Shown here piece after piece: positions 28,995-39,280 of a stretch of 64,000 bases of DNA. The position numbers and the translations under genes are program-made. The stretch's first letter is position 1. Every line of letters begins with the position of its first letter. Source of the stretch: Candidatus Aminicenantes bacterium (GTDB lineage: Bacteria > Acidobacteriota > Aminicenantia > Aminicenantales > JAFGBC01); NCBI GenBank assembly GCA_963702005.1, contig OY969696.1:128001-192000 (forward strand), written 5' to 3'. Under the pieces are notes generated by a model. The model worked only from the letters and a program-made list of their open reading frames with translations, was not told the DNA's origin and did no database searches.

Positions 28995-30737
28995 TCAATT
29001 ACAGTATTTTGTAATGAAGTTTTTATCAATATAAATTTCTTTAGATAGCTCGTCTTTTAGCCATTTTTTAAAAATGGATGGACTTAGCCTTTCACCTCCA
29101 AAGATATTACAAGAAATCATATAACACCTTTTTCGTGTCCTAGCTAGAGCCACAATTAATCTATATATATCTCTATTACTGGGAGGCGTTTTTTGAGGGA
29201 AATGATTTTCATTAACTCCAACGATAAATACGTACTGAGCCGCTAAGCCTTTTGAGCCCTCAAATGAAGTACAAAGAATATAAGGTGTATCAACTTCTTT
29301 TCCCAATATTTCTTTCTGTGTTTTGGCTTCTTCTTTATAATTTTGCAGTTTTGATTCTATCTCTTCTAAAGAAAGGCATAGAGTGGCTTCGATTGTTTTT
29401 TGTTCTACAACGTTCAGATCATTGCCGCATAATATTTTATTTACTATATTCGATATTTTCTGATGTTTAGAGATATATTTTTTTGATGAGATGAAATCAT
29501 ATATGTCGCGCTTTTCCGAAATTGCCTTTCTAATAATTTTATTGATATTAGTGCAAGGATCACAATGCAATAATATACGCCAGCCCAAACGAGATTTGCC
29601 ATTTTTTACTACGGATTTATACCCATCTAAAATATTTATTACATCATCCTCTCGTTTTTTTTCCGCAACATAGTCGAACTTTTCATTCAATTCCTTCCTA
29701 ACACCTTCAAGGAATTGTCCGGGTCCAATGATCAATGCTGTTGGTTCCTTCAATCTTTTTGATTCCCTAATATATGAAGCTGGAATTTCGGATATCTCTT
29801 TTACGATAAATTTCCCTATATAATGGCAATTTTTCCTTTCCACAGTACAGTTCACGTTAATAATATGGGGATGTCTCTTACTATCTTCTTCTTTGTCTGG
29901 AGGAAAATACTTGAACAGTTTATTCACCCTCCCATCTAAACGTCCATTTTCCTTTGCGATACAGACTATTTTATTAACAGCATCAACAATGATTCTCGTA
30001 CATCTCGAACAATAAGGCAGTTCGAATCTTTGATATTCCGAATCATGAATTAACCGCCTGATGTAATCAGGTGAAGCCTGTTTAAAAGCATACAGTGCTT
30101 GATCATCGTCACCTACTATCAATACTGGACTCTTCCTAGACAGAACTTCGACCAAGCTTATCTCCAAAAAGTTAAAATCTTGATATTCATCAACAACAAT
30201 CAGAGGGTAATTGCGAATTCGATTTGGATAAGTTTCATAATATTTAATAACTCGGTATACAGAGTCAGAATGGCCAGCTGCATTATAATAATCCCCGATC
30301 TTTAACGTTGATTTAATTACTTCATCATTTTTTAGCCCAAAAAAGCACCTTTCAATATTCTCATCACTATTTTTATCAAGTTCAAGAATATCAAAATCCT
30401 CTTCAATTACTTTAAGAATATTCGGATAATACTCAAACGCTTCATTCTTGAAACTATGAACTATCGATTTACAATAAGCATGAAAAGTTGAAACTTTTGC
30501 CAACCCTGCCAACTCAATTTTCAAGTCAGCGACTAGATTTTTTATAAAAGTAAGAGCTAACCCTTCTTCACCAGAAGCATCCTTAAGCTTTCTAAATAAG
30601 GACTTAAATATATATGTTTTTCCTGTTCCAGGACCGGCAATTATCAATTTTTTCCGGCTTGGCGAATTCATGATTGCGTCAGTATATTTCTTGCGGTCCT
30701 TTTTATAGAAATCCATATCAAAGTCATTCATAAACAA
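28995..30737 (-). CDS. UvrD/Rep-like SF1 helicase
   Basis: AGPGTGKT, STFHAY, VVDEYQD, VGDDDQALY, SKGL, VALARTRK. Confidence 0.85.
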   Translation of the reverse strand: MFMNDFDMDFYKKDRKKYTDAIMNSPSRKKLIIAGPGTGKTYIFKSLFRKLKDASGEEGLALTFIKNLVADLKIELAGLAKVSTFHAYCKSIVHSFKNEAFEYYPNILKVIEEDFDILELDKNSDENIERCFFGLKNDEVIKSTLKIGDYYNAAGHSDSVYRVIKYYETYPNRIRNYPLIVVDEYQDFNFLEISLVEVLSRKSPVLIVGDDDQALYAFKQASPDYIRRLIHDSEYQRFELPYCSRCTRIIVDAVNKIVCIAKENGRLDGRVNKLFKYFPPDKEEDSKRHPHIINVNCTVERKNCHYIGKFIVKEISEIPASYIRESKRLKEPTALIIGPGQFLEGVRKELNEKFDYVAEKKREDDVINILDGYKSVVKNGKSRLGWRILLHCDPCTNINKIIRKAISEKRDIYDFISSKKYISKHQKISNIVNKILCGNDLNVVEQKTIEATLCLSLEEIESKLQNYKEEAKTQKEILGKEVDTPYILCTSFEGSKGLAAQYVFIVGVNENHFPQKTPPSNRDIYRLIVALARTRKRCYMISCNIFGGERLSPSIFKKWLKDELSKEIYIDKNFITKYCN

Positions 30738-30818
30738 TATCCCTTTGACTGGGATAATATCAGAATAGGTTTACTTCTCGCAATCGATAATCAAGACCTT
30801 AAGACATTGAATGTCAAG

Positions 30819-30857
30819 AAGAAGGACTTGCCGTATGCGGGGAGGAGAAGAGATTAA
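30819..30857 (+). repeat. Second, shorter relic of the DUF2958-like gene 3' end
   Basis: gaaggacttgccgtatgcggggaggagaagagattaa (KDLPYAGRRRD*) versus ENLPYAGRRRR*. Confidence 0.65.
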
Positions 30858-30867
30858 ACGGAAGGTG

Positions 30868-31062
30868 ATGAAAACGGACAGAGTAAAGCTCACTGTTGAA
30901 GATATAGAGCCGCTGGAAAAGACTATTGAAAAATACGCTTCTATGGGAAGCGGCCTTATCTGGTATAAAGGTGTTGGATGGGACTGGAGAATGGCGATAT
31001 ATGCACTTGAGGATTTGAAGGCAAGGAGGCATGAATACAAAAAGCAGAATTCTAGAGAATAA
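30868..31062 (+). CDS. Small hypothetical protein
   Basis: GGAAGGTG RBS before ATG 30868. Confidence 0.45.
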   Translation: MKTDRVKLTVEDIEPLEKTIEKYASMGSGLIWYKGVGWDWRMAIYALEDLKARRHEYKKQNSRE

Positions 31063-31076
31063 AAAAAAGGATTTAT

Positions 31077-31772
31077 TTAATGAGTTTGCTGAATTTTTGA
31101 ATAATTATAGCATTTTTTTTGAAGAGAACACTTTTCACACTTAGGATTACGTGGAGAACATATTAAAGCGGTAAAATCAACTATCCCCAGATTCGCTTTT
31201 TTGGGATTGTTACATGACGCGTACTTTTTTGCAATCCCAATGATATATCTATCCCTTCTTCCTTCTTTAGTTGTAGAAATTCCAAAATATCTCTTAAATA
31301 TTCTTACTATATTACTGTCAACAGCCCATTCTGGCTTGTTGAAAGCCACAGAAAGGACCATGCCGGATACATAATCGCCTGTTCCTGGCATCTTGATTAG
31401 ATCCTCTCTTTTCTTTGGAATTCTTCCATCATAATTTTTTACCAAGTATCGGCAGACTTTTTTGAAATTTTTAACTCTCCATAATAGCCCCAAAGGATAA
31501 AGAATTTTGTGAATATTTTTTAAATTTGTTCTTGCAACGTCATTTGGATCGCTGAATTCAGAAAAAAACTTATTATATACATCCACCACCTGATCTGCTT
31601 TTGTCCTCTGAAGCATCATTTCGGCGATCAGAATTCTGAATGGATCGGAGGTTTCCCTCCATGGATATTTTCTCTCATTCCTGTTAAACCATCGAACAAT
31701 TTTATTCCTGAATTTGACAATATCTTTTTCAGCAGGAAGTTTTTCTCTGTCTGCTAACAAATCAGCATTCAT
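31077..31772 (-). CDS. HhH-GPD DNA glycosylase (short MutY/Mig type with a 4Fe-4S motif)
   Basis: YPWRET, EMMLQRT, MPGTGDY, AVDSNIVR, CSPRNPKCEKCSLQKKC; no NUDIX tail. Confidence 0.85.
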   Translation of the reverse strand: MNADLLADREKLPAEKDIVKFRNKIVRWFNRNERKYPWRETSDPFRILIAEMMLQRTKADQVVDVYNKFFSEFSDPNDVARTNLKNIHKILYPLGLLWRVKNFKKVCRYLVKNYDGRIPKKREDLIKMPGTGDYVSGMVLSVAFNKPEWAVDSNIVRIFKRYFGISTTKEGRRDRYIIGIAKKYASCNNPKKANLGIVDFTALICSPRNPKCEKCSLQKKCYNYSKIQQTH

Positions 31773-31777
31773 GATTT

Positions 31778-33436
31778 CTAAGTCCTAATTTTCAAGATTA
31801 GATTCAATAATATCTGCACCATTTCTGGAATTTTCATTCCATCTATTTCATTCTTCTGTTCCACATATTGCATAATATTATGTGCTTTCGAATTGGCATA
31901 CCTTCTGAATGGTTTGCACAGTTCCAAAAACTTATCTATATATGACTGTTCTTCCTGAGTGAATTGATTTTTATTCTGATCCAGATTTTCAATAAGCGTG
32001 GCAAAATCATGCGGTCGATTCTTCCCTGTGTTCCAGCGAAGTTCTGCTTTTTTGGGATATTTGTACTCCAGCAAATTGGATAAGAGATTTTCTATCATCT
32101 TTCTTGAAAGCAGCAGGCAGGCGTTAAATAATTTTGTTGAATAGCACGCGTTGATTTCTCTTTCAAGGGGTTCATAAAACACCCAGGGGTAGTTTTTAGA
32201 AAATGCCAATAACTCTTCAGTCTCAATCTTTTTTGTCTCAGGCAGGGTTTTCCTTTTCTTAACTGGCAAATTTTTATTTTCTTTTCTTTTCCTGTTCTCT
32301 ACAAAGAGTTCAATCGATTTATATATAAACTTTTTCAGATCTTCCCATGCTTCGTTTTCAACGATACCTTCACGAGTAGTCGTATCAATGATTTCCGGAT
32401 TATTCTTCTTGGACAACTTAACAAAACCTATAATCTGATTGTATCCCGGATAGTTGGAGGGATCGTTCACTCTGAGCTTGTCCAGCCCTGCCCAGTCTCC
32501 GGTTAGATTTACTTTAAAACCATCTCTGTACAGAAAAAGGCCGCTGAATCGGTCAAGAATATTTTTCACATTCTTAATGCTTACACTTTCAGGATAATTC
32601 CCTCTTTTATCACGATAGAAAAAATAAAGATCAAACTCTGCCGAACCACATTTCATATTTCCCAAGTTAAAATATGATCTTTCGATTTTGCCTTTGCGGG
32701 CTGATAATCTAAAATCTACGGTACCATCTGGTCTGAGAGTTGATTTGAATTTATAGACATTAATAGCGAGAAAACGATTCTGAAGCTTTTTAATAGTACA
32801 GGGGGAATTACCAACAAATACTTTCACTTTGAAATTGGGAATATACTTGACCGGAGGCAGCAGCAAGCCCAGAGTCCTCTGAAAATCATCAATTCTGGAA
32901 GCATTCCAGCGTTCTCGAAGATTCCCAAGAACTATTTCAAAACCGTGCTCTTTTTTCTTTTTCGGGAAGCTGAATGCCTGGTTTGGTATCTTGTCAAACG
33001 GGCCACCCTTCTCATATTCATCCCAGTCAATTTTAACGCTGAAGCCATATTTTTCATTTTCAGGTTTAGAGATAACATCGATAGAATGCGCAAGTTTCTC
33101 AGTAGCAAACCTTCCTATTCCTTTTTCGCCTACCTTCTGCCTCCTGTATTTATGGGTGAGAGGCTTTTTTTCTTTATCATCTGTCGCAACGGTCATCCAC
33201 GTGTTTTCAAATTCCTGAAAACTCAATCCGCTGCCATTATCGATCACACGGATCTTCCCATGTTCCGATTCGGAATTCTCAAAAATGATCTTCACTTCCG
33301 TTGCATCTGCGTCCCATGAATTCTTTACAACCTCACATAAAGCAACAATTGAATTTGAGACAGATTCCCGTCCCAGGAGGCGTGCTATCTTACCCTTGAA
33401 TTTAAAATAAAGCGGATCCAGTTTTTCAGGTTCCAT
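31778..33436 (-). CDS. GHKL (MORC/HATPase_c-like) ATPase with a C-terminal HEPN/DUF4145-like domain
   Basis: EVVKNSWDADA, IDNGSG, GEKGIGRF; C-terminal EINACY...RKMIENLL...RRYANSKAH. Confidence 0.8.
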   Translation of the reverse strand: MEPEKLDPLYFKFKGKIARLLGRESVSNSIVALCEVVKNSWDADATEVKIIFENSESEHGKIRVIDNGSGLSFQEFENTWMTVATDDKEKKPLTHKYRRQKVGEKGIGRFATEKLAHSIDVISKPENEKYGFSVKIDWDEYEKGGPFDKIPNQAFSFPKKKKEHGFEIVLGNLRERWNASRIDDFQRTLGLLLPPVKYIPNFKVKVFVGNSPCTIKKLQNRFLAINVYKFKSTLRPDGTVDFRLSARKGKIERSYFNLGNMKCGSAEFDLYFFYRDKRGNYPESVSIKNVKNILDRFSGLFLYRDGFKVNLTGDWAGLDKLRVNDPSNYPGYNQIIGFVKLSKKNNPEIIDTTTREGIVENEAWEDLKKFIYKSIELFVENRKRKENKNLPVKKRKTLPETKKIETEELLAFSKNYPWVFYEPLEREINACYSTKLFNACLLLSRKMIENLLSNLLEYKYPKKAELRWNTGKNRPHDFATLIENLDQNKNQFTQEEQSYIDKFLELCKPFRRYANSKAHNIMQYVEQKNEIDGMKIPEMVQILLNLILKIRT

Positions 33437-34826
33437 GGATATCGTCCTCCTGATTTAAATGTATTTTCCTCAATTCTTTTAAGATAACTCCGGCTACGAT
33501 ACGGGCTAATAGAGGAGGAACGGCATTACCGACCTGCTTAAATTGATTGGTCCTGAAGCCTTCAAATTTAAAATTATCAGGAAAGGATTGACATCTTGCC
33601 GCCTCTCTTACAGTAAAAGACCTGCACTGGTGGATATCGGGGTGAATATAATGATGCCCGTCCTTACAGATATGCGCTGTAATTGTTGAAGATGGGCGAT
33701 CCCACCACTGAACCCTGAATCTGTCAAAAAATTTATCAAGATGCTTATGTTCAGGAACAAGTTCAGGTCTTTCTTTCATGAGAACCTTCAAATTTGCTGC
33801 TCCGTTTCCATTTCTCTGGTGTTCGATAAAGAATCTGTATCTTTTAAGGTCATCCTTCATATGCGGTCTTGCCCTGTGATTTATGATTCCCGCAGATTCC
33901 TTTCTCATTTTTTTCCGATAGGATCTCTGATTTGCCTCTGTATCATAACGTCCATACCACTTATCACTTCCCTCCCCCGGTCTAATAGAGGGCAGATCAT
34001 CAATGGCATCCCTGACTGTGAGGTGGCCTAGTTTTCTTTTTCTAATTGCTTTCTTCTGCAATTTAGTAAATATTTCTTTTATATTCGGACTCCTCCGCTC
34101 AAGAGACTTCCTATATCCTACAAGAAACAGCCTTTTTCTGCTCTGCGGAATTTTAAAATCGGCACTATCAAGAATATAACTGCAAGGGTCTTCATAAATT
34201 CGCTCCAGAGGGGGCGTGATTTCATAAGCAGGATTTAATGATGAAAAATCTTCCAGCATTCTGCTGAATATTTCTCTTCCTCTTGCTCTCGCTGTGAAAA
34301 GTCCCGGAACATTCTCATACACAAAAAAGTCAGGCTGAAGGCGTTCAATAATTTCAAGATAGTACCTGTAAAGGTAATGCCTTCCGTCATTTTCCATCCT
34401 GAATGGATCTCTAGCCCTGCCCGCAATGGAATAGGGCTGACAGGGTGGACCTCCAAGAAGCACATGGATTTTTGATGCACCATGATATTTCTTGCTGGAT
34501 TCAATTCTCTCCAGTATCTGCTCTGTTTCATCGTCTCCGAAAGCTGCCTGAATAACACGACAGGAAATCTTTTGTTTTATTTCGGGGAATCTGTTCAGAA
34601 TTTCATTTATAGAAGCCTTCCCCTGCAGATATCTGTGATAGAGAAATCCCTTTCCTATTTTCCTCAATTCCCAGTAAAGATGGCGTGTTTTAAGACTCTT
34701 ACATGCCCATTTATCCATTTCAACTTGGGCAATAACCTGAAATCCTGCCTGAATGAACCCCTCGCTGAGGCCACCGCAACCGGCAAAAAGGTCAACCGCA
34801 AAAAAGTTATTTTTATGTATCCTCAT
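33426..34826 (-). CDS. dcm: DNA (cytosine-5)-methyltransferase
   Basis: DLFAGCGG, GGPPCQ, YENVPG, QSRKRLF, EAARCQSFPD, QVGNAVPP. Confidence 0.95.
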   Translation of the reverse strand: MRIHKNNFFAVDLFAGCGGLSEGFIQAGFQVIAQVEMDKWACKSLKTRHLYWELRKIGKGFLYHRYLQGKASINEILNRFPEIKQKISCRVIQAAFGDDETEQILERIESSKKYHGASKIHVLLGGPPCQPYSIAGRARDPFRMENDGRHYLYRYYLEIIERLQPDFFVYENVPGLFTARARGREIFSRMLEDFSSLNPAYEITPPLERIYEDPCSYILDSADFKIPQSRKRLFLVGYRKSLERRSPNIKEIFTKLQKKAIRKRKLGHLTVRDAIDDLPSIRPGEGSDKWYGRYDTEANQRSYRKKMRKESAGIINHRARPHMKDDLKRYRFFIEHQRNGNGAANLKVLMKERPELVPEHKHLDKFFDRFRVQWWDRPSSTITAHICKDGHHYIHPDIHQCRSFTVREAARCQSFPDNFKFEGFRTNQFKQVGNAVPPLLARIVAGVILKELRKIHLNQEDDIHGT

Positions 34827-35493
34827 CTACCTTCACAATGGAAAATATCTTTTCAAGCTTATTAAAAAGCTCTTCCTTCGGAAAAACCGTCGTATCTTTA
34901 TCCGCAAATTCTATATGGATCGTTTTGGTGAGGGGTCTCAGCCAGTTCTGTCTGGACCTAACATCGCACTCTTTTGCTTTTTCTCCGAGCCATTCTATTA
35001 TACGATGATCATTTTTTGTTTCGCTCCTGTCGAAAAATTCACTCCAAGATGTCCAGTCGCCGGCCATTTTAACAAACTCCCATGGAAATTTTGAAAGCCG
35101 GTAACAGTAAGAAAAATGACTCGTGGATGGGTCTCTCTTTGCCCTTTCTGAAAGTGGACCTGGCGCAAGTTTTCCGGCATGATCATAAAGTGCCCTCCAG
35201 ATAAAATCCCTGTCGCCGGGTGCAATGAGCGAGGTGTCATCAACAAAGTCAAGCCTTTTACCCACCTCGTACCATAATTTCAGTACTTCTCCTTTTTTCC
35301 CCTTTAATGATAAAAGCTCGCAATTTTTCATTTCGTGCTCAATCTCTCTCAACTTATTGGAAAGAAATTCGTCAAGTTTTTCGGCTTTAACCTTTCCTTC
35401 CTGAGTAACCAGTTTGCCCGGCTGAGCCCTGTATACTTTTACAGTGTATTCCTTCCCTTCGATTATCTTCTCTTCCCTGATGATCACCGCCAT
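34813..35493 (-). CDS. Hypothetical protein in the methyltransferase operon
   Basis: 226 aa; overlaps dcm and abuts the upstream gene. Confidence 0.7.
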   Translation of the reverse strand: MAVIIREEKIIEGKEYTVKVYRAQPGKLVTQEGKVKAEKLDEFLSNKLREIEHEMKNCELLSLKGKKGEVLKLWYEVGKRLDFVDDTSLIAPGDRDFIWRALYDHAGKLAPGPLSERAKRDPSTSHFSYCYRLSKFPWEFVKMAGDWTSWSEFFDRSETKNDHRIIEWLGEKAKECDVRSRQNWLRPLTKTIHIEFADKDTTVFPKEELFNKLEKIFSIVKVDEDT

Positions 35494-35495
35494 AA

Positions 35496-37478
35496 TCAGA
35501 TTTCTCCTCGCCTGAATTTAAAAAGTATTTCACCCACAACCTTCCTTTCCTGCTTCAGAATTTCCTGGGGATCATCCCTTTGTTCTTCTATGAAAATAAT
35601 GGTTCTTTCCTGAAGAAGGTCATACCTGCAAATTTCAGGGGCCGCTATTCTCAAAATGTATTCGGCAAGATCTTCCTCATTTTCAGAAACCGGCGTATAG
35701 CTCGGATGGTTCACATTATAATAAAGAATCAGCCCTCTTTCGCTGCCATATTCACTGTATCCCATCCAGTATTTTATCGGTTCCTCATCAGGAAAACCGA
35801 AGGCCTCGCATCTTTCAAATAAACCTTTTGTCGGGGGGTCTTCCTCCAGATAAAAACTTTTCGTTTTGTAATCCAGCTCCGTTCCCTTATCCTCTTCTCT
35901 CATCGATAAAATCCTTGCCACCACCGTATATTTGCCCGCATCTGGATAATCTATTTTTTTGAATGTCTCCTCAAAAGGTCCGATGTCCGTCGTTGTAGAA
36001 TTTGCTCTCACGGTGATATCTTCCTCTGCAAAAGTTTTGAGAGGCTTATCGAAATATCTCAAAAATAGTTTCACACGGATATATGCGTCCTGAGAAGAGT
36101 CATTTATCACACGCATCTTGATGTTTTTTACGGGTTCACCGTAATTGATTCTCAGATCGCCGGGACGCGGCAGTGACAGTTCCTCAATCTGAACTCGTAT
36201 CACTCTGGGAACTCTCTCGCCGCCCGGTCCCTCTCTGGTAACCCCCGGCCCCAGTCCGATACCCAGATCGCGTGCAAAGTTGTTGGCAGCCAGGAGTGCT
36301 CTCCTCTCGGCATTTCTCTGCTGCTGTCTTCTTATTTCCCTTTCATCAATTCGGTATCCGAGTTTTTCCTGTGCAAATCTTACTATTTCATCCTCAATGT
36401 ATCTTTTGATTGCTCCCGGCAGAGAACGCCTGAAATCATATGAATAATGCTCGATTCCCTCATCCGAGATAAGATCCTCTTCTGTGGACGAATCCACCGT
36501 GATATATCCATAAAGTTTTTCTGCGATTTCCCTCCCTAAATATCTGGGTTCTATGCTGCATATCTTCATTCCGTCTCTCTGGATGGCAATACCCCGGATA
36601 TCTTCCGGGACTATCTCGTTCCTTCTGTAAATGATGTGAAGTTTTCTTACACGGAAAAGTGGCGTTCTCGCATTCTCCTGTATCCATACCTTGTATTCCT
36701 GCGAATCCCTTTCTGGAAGAGCAAACTCGGATGGGATTCCAGCAGGATACTCTCTCTGCTGCACCCGGACCGAAATTCTTGCGCCATACTTCTGAATAAT
36801 CTCCCACCATGTCTCTCCAATATTCCTGAGAAATTTTCCGTTTTTAATATCCCTAACAACCTCATCAACCGGCTCAACAATTATTACCCTTGCTCCCACA
36901 GTATTGAGAGGCTCAATAATTCCTCCCGTCATCTCTCTCAGCATCCTTCTTCCATCATCATTCTCATATGCGGCAACCGGCGATTCAGTTCTGATAACCG
37001 TTCTGAAGCCGAATCGATATAAGCCGTCATCTCTGAGCGTATCGTACAAAATGGTATGTTCTTTCGATGCTCCCACAAATATGAATTTTCCGCGCCCCCT
37101 TGAGCCCAGGGTTCTTTCCTCTCTTGGCTGTGTGAAGGCAACTCCTTCAAAACGTCCCCATCTTTCCTCTCCCGGAAGATCAAGCTCATACTCTTGCAGT
37201 GTCAAAATTCGACCAGTCAAACCCTTTGTACCAGCATCTGTCATAAGAAGGAATATTTTGCCTTCCTTCTCCACGAGTTCATAAACAAAAGACCAGTCAT
37301 TTCCCCTTTTGTTCTTTCTTGCGCTCCAGCTATTCTGAATGGCATCCTTCTGAACAGCATTAGAAATTGTTGTATAAGCCCTGTATCCATCCACTATCGC
37401 CCTGATCTGCTCTGGCCAGTTAAAAACAGTTCTCCGTACCTCAACACCGGCCAGATAACGATCAATCATTCTGGACAT
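35496..37478 (-). CDS. Divergent GHKL-type ATPase-like protein
   Basis: KDAIQNSWSA, MTDAGTKGL, LGSRGRGK; GGGGG RBS before ATG 37478. Confidence 0.65.
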   Translation of the reverse strand: MSRMIDRYLAGVEVRRTVFNWPEQIRAIVDGYRAYTTISNAVQKDAIQNSWSARKNKRGNDWSFVYELVEKEGKIFLLMTDAGTKGLTGRILTLQEYELDLPGEERWGRFEGVAFTQPREERTLGSRGRGKFIFVGASKEHTILYDTLRDDGLYRFGFRTVIRTESPVAAYENDDGRRMLREMTGGIIEPLNTVGARVIIVEPVDEVVRDIKNGKFLRNIGETWWEIIQKYGARISVRVQQREYPAGIPSEFALPERDSQEYKVWIQENARTPLFRVRKLHIIYRRNEIVPEDIRGIAIQRDGMKICSIEPRYLGREIAEKLYGYITVDSSTEEDLISDEGIEHYSYDFRRSLPGAIKRYIEDEIVRFAQEKLGYRIDEREIRRQQQRNAERRALLAANNFARDLGIGLGPGVTREGPGGERVPRVIRVQIEELSLPRPGDLRINYGEPVKNIKMRVINDSSQDAYIRVKLFLRYFDKPLKTFAEEDITVRANSTTTDIGPFEETFKKIDYPDAGKYTVVARILSMREEDKGTELDYKTKSFYLEEDPPTKGLFERCEAFGFPDEEPIKYWMGYSEYGSERGLILYYNVNHPSYTPVSENEEDLAEYILRIAAPEICRYDLLQERTIIFIEEQRDDPQEILKQERKVVGEILFKFRRGEI

Positions 37479-37491
37479 TTTTATCCCCCTT

Positions 37492-37710
37492 TCATAATTT
37501 AAATTTCTCTTCCTTTGAGAAGAAGAATTTTGACTTTGCTTCCTTAACCTTTTTTTCAATTGCTGAAAATATTATATCCACCTCTTCTTCGGTATAATCA
37601 TAATACTGTCTGTTGGCACAGTTAGACAGCACCCTCAGTTTCTGGAGAACCGCATTTGTTCTCGCTGCTGCAATACGCTTAAATCTTTCCTTTGAAGTTT
37701 CTGCTTTCAT
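37492..37710 (-). CDS. Small helical protein leading the methyltransferase operon (possible regulator)
   Basis: ERFKRIAAARTNAVLQKLRVLSNCANRQYYDYTEEEVDIIF; GGGGAG RBS. Confidence 0.75.
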   Translation of the reverse strand: MKAETSKERFKRIAAARTNAVLQKLRVLSNCANRQYYDYTEEEVDIIFSAIEKKVKEAKSKFFFSKEEKFKL

Positions 37711-38118
37711 AAATTAGTCTCCCCTTAAAATATATATCATATATTTATAACGATTACCGCATTTTTAAATTACTGCATATTTATAAAAATTGAAATGGTT
37801 TCCATGAAAAAATAAAGCGTCAAATCCGTTCATTCGATATTTTACGAAATAGGGAGGTCCAGGGAAATCCGGCCTCCGCCCGCCTCATCACTTCCCAGGA
37901 CGTCCAAATCCAGGGTAAATTTCGCTTCTGCGCATCTTTAAATGGCCGAACAGAACTCCACGACCCACTGGAAACCCGGAAAACAACGGTTTTTGGCCCG
38001 TGGCCGGAAAAACGAGGCTCTAGGAAGCTCGTAGAACAGAGATCTTATATTGGGCAGGGCTTTTGCCTTGGGGATTTTATCCCTTGTCGCCCTGTCAGGT
38101 AATCAGCGAGCACCTGGA

Positions 38119-38340
38119 CTAACGCCACTCGACTATCTTCCTCCATCGTCTTTCCCCGTCCTCTATCTCTCCTTCCATCTGCGCATCAAGACGCTTCCGG
38201 TCAATCCTCCAGCCCACTCCCTTGAGCTTAATGGCTGGCAGCCGGTGGGAACTAATAAGACTGTAAACAGTCATCGGATGGACGGAAAGATATTCGGCCA
38301 CTTCGCGCGGCTTCATCCATCTCCTTTCTCGCTTTTCCAT
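38119..38340 (-). CDS. Excisionase-like HTH DNA-binding protein
   Basis: WMKPREVAEYLSVHPMTVYSLI...LPAIKL..GWRI; GGAGG RBS; about 1 kb from the att site. Confidence 0.8.
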   Translation of the reverse strand: MEKRERRWMKPREVAEYLSVHPMTVYSLISSHRLPAIKLKGVGWRIDRKRLDAQMEGEIEDGERRWRKIVEWR

Positions 38341-38401
38341 TGCGTCCTCCCAAGCGAGAAGCATATTGCGGATTCCGTGTTTGATTCAATTGACCGGCTC
38401 C

Positions 38402-38560
38402 AAATATGCTATAATTCATATGGTTCTCTTGTGCCGGCTGGGGAGAGCCCCCACCTTGATGGTTTCCATCAAAACCCCCCTTTTGCTGACACAGCCGGCA
38501 TCTTCTCCAGCATAGAAAGCGACCTGGAACTCCTGAATTCCGAGGCAATCCAAGGACTCA
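38402..38560. repeat. About 150-bp structured intergenic repeat, copy 1
   Basis: Aligns to 60403-60560 (ccccaccttgatggtt.ccatc.aa.ccccc.ttttgctgaca.cagccggcatctt...gaaagcgac...gaattccg). Confidence 0.8.
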
Positions 38561-38672
38561 AACTTTGGCTACGTAACATATTTAAAGCATCATGCCCCAT
38601 TTATTAACATAATCCTCCCTGCCATTCGCGGACTCGTTCCGTTGGATGGCAGGAATTATCATATTGATTTCT

Positions 38673-39224
38673 ATGACGCACGAAAAATCCGCGATATTCA
38701 TCGACGGAGGGTATCTGAATCAAGTTCTCAAGAAGCATTTTAAGGAAAAGGAAATAGATTTCCTCAAGCTATGCGAGAATATCTGCGAAAAGACAGAAAC
38801 CAAGCGACTGAGGACCTATTACTACCACTGCCTGCCCTTGCAAAGAAAGGACAATACTGAGGACACGCGAAGAATACAGAATATGGAAAAGTTCCTTACA
38901 AAGCTCAGAAGGCTTCCGCGCTTCGAAGTCAAGCTAGGAAGGCTCCAGCTCATCGGCGGTTTCTTCAAGCAGAAGATGGTCGACATTCTCATGTCGCTTG
39001 ATATCGTAGACCTTTGTTACTCTCATCAGATTCAGCACGCAATTCTCGTTGCCGGGGACGCCGATTTCGTCCCAGCGGTCAAACAGGCAAGGGAATCAGG
39101 AGCGATAATCCACCTTTTCTACCATCCCGAGACCGTCCATCACAAGATACTCGACCACGTCGACGAGAGACACGAGCTGACCAACGAATTCATTGAGAAA
39201 TGCAAACAAAAGGAACACTCATGA
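38673..39224 (+). CDS. NYN/LabA (PIN-like) domain protein
   Basis: IFIDGGYL, KQKMVDILMSLD, ILVAGDADFVPAV. Confidence 0.9.
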   Translation: MTHEKSAIFIDGGYLNQVLKKHFKEKEIDFLKLCENICEKTETKRLRTYYYHCLPLQRKDNTEDTRRIQNMEKFLTKLRRLPRFEVKLGRLQLIGGFFKQKMVDILMSLDIVDLCYSHQIQHAILVAGDADFVPAVKQARESGAIIHLFYHPETVHHKILDHVDERHELTNEFIEKCKQKEHS

Positions 39225-39280
39225 GAGCGGGCCGGGTGCACAACCTTAGATTCTATGGGACCGAGACGATGATCGACAAC

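Noticed and set aside
14896-30857. Diversity-generating retroelement TR/VR pairs as explanation of the gene-tail duplicates
   Set aside because: No reverse transcriptase in the window and mismatches are not adenine-specific
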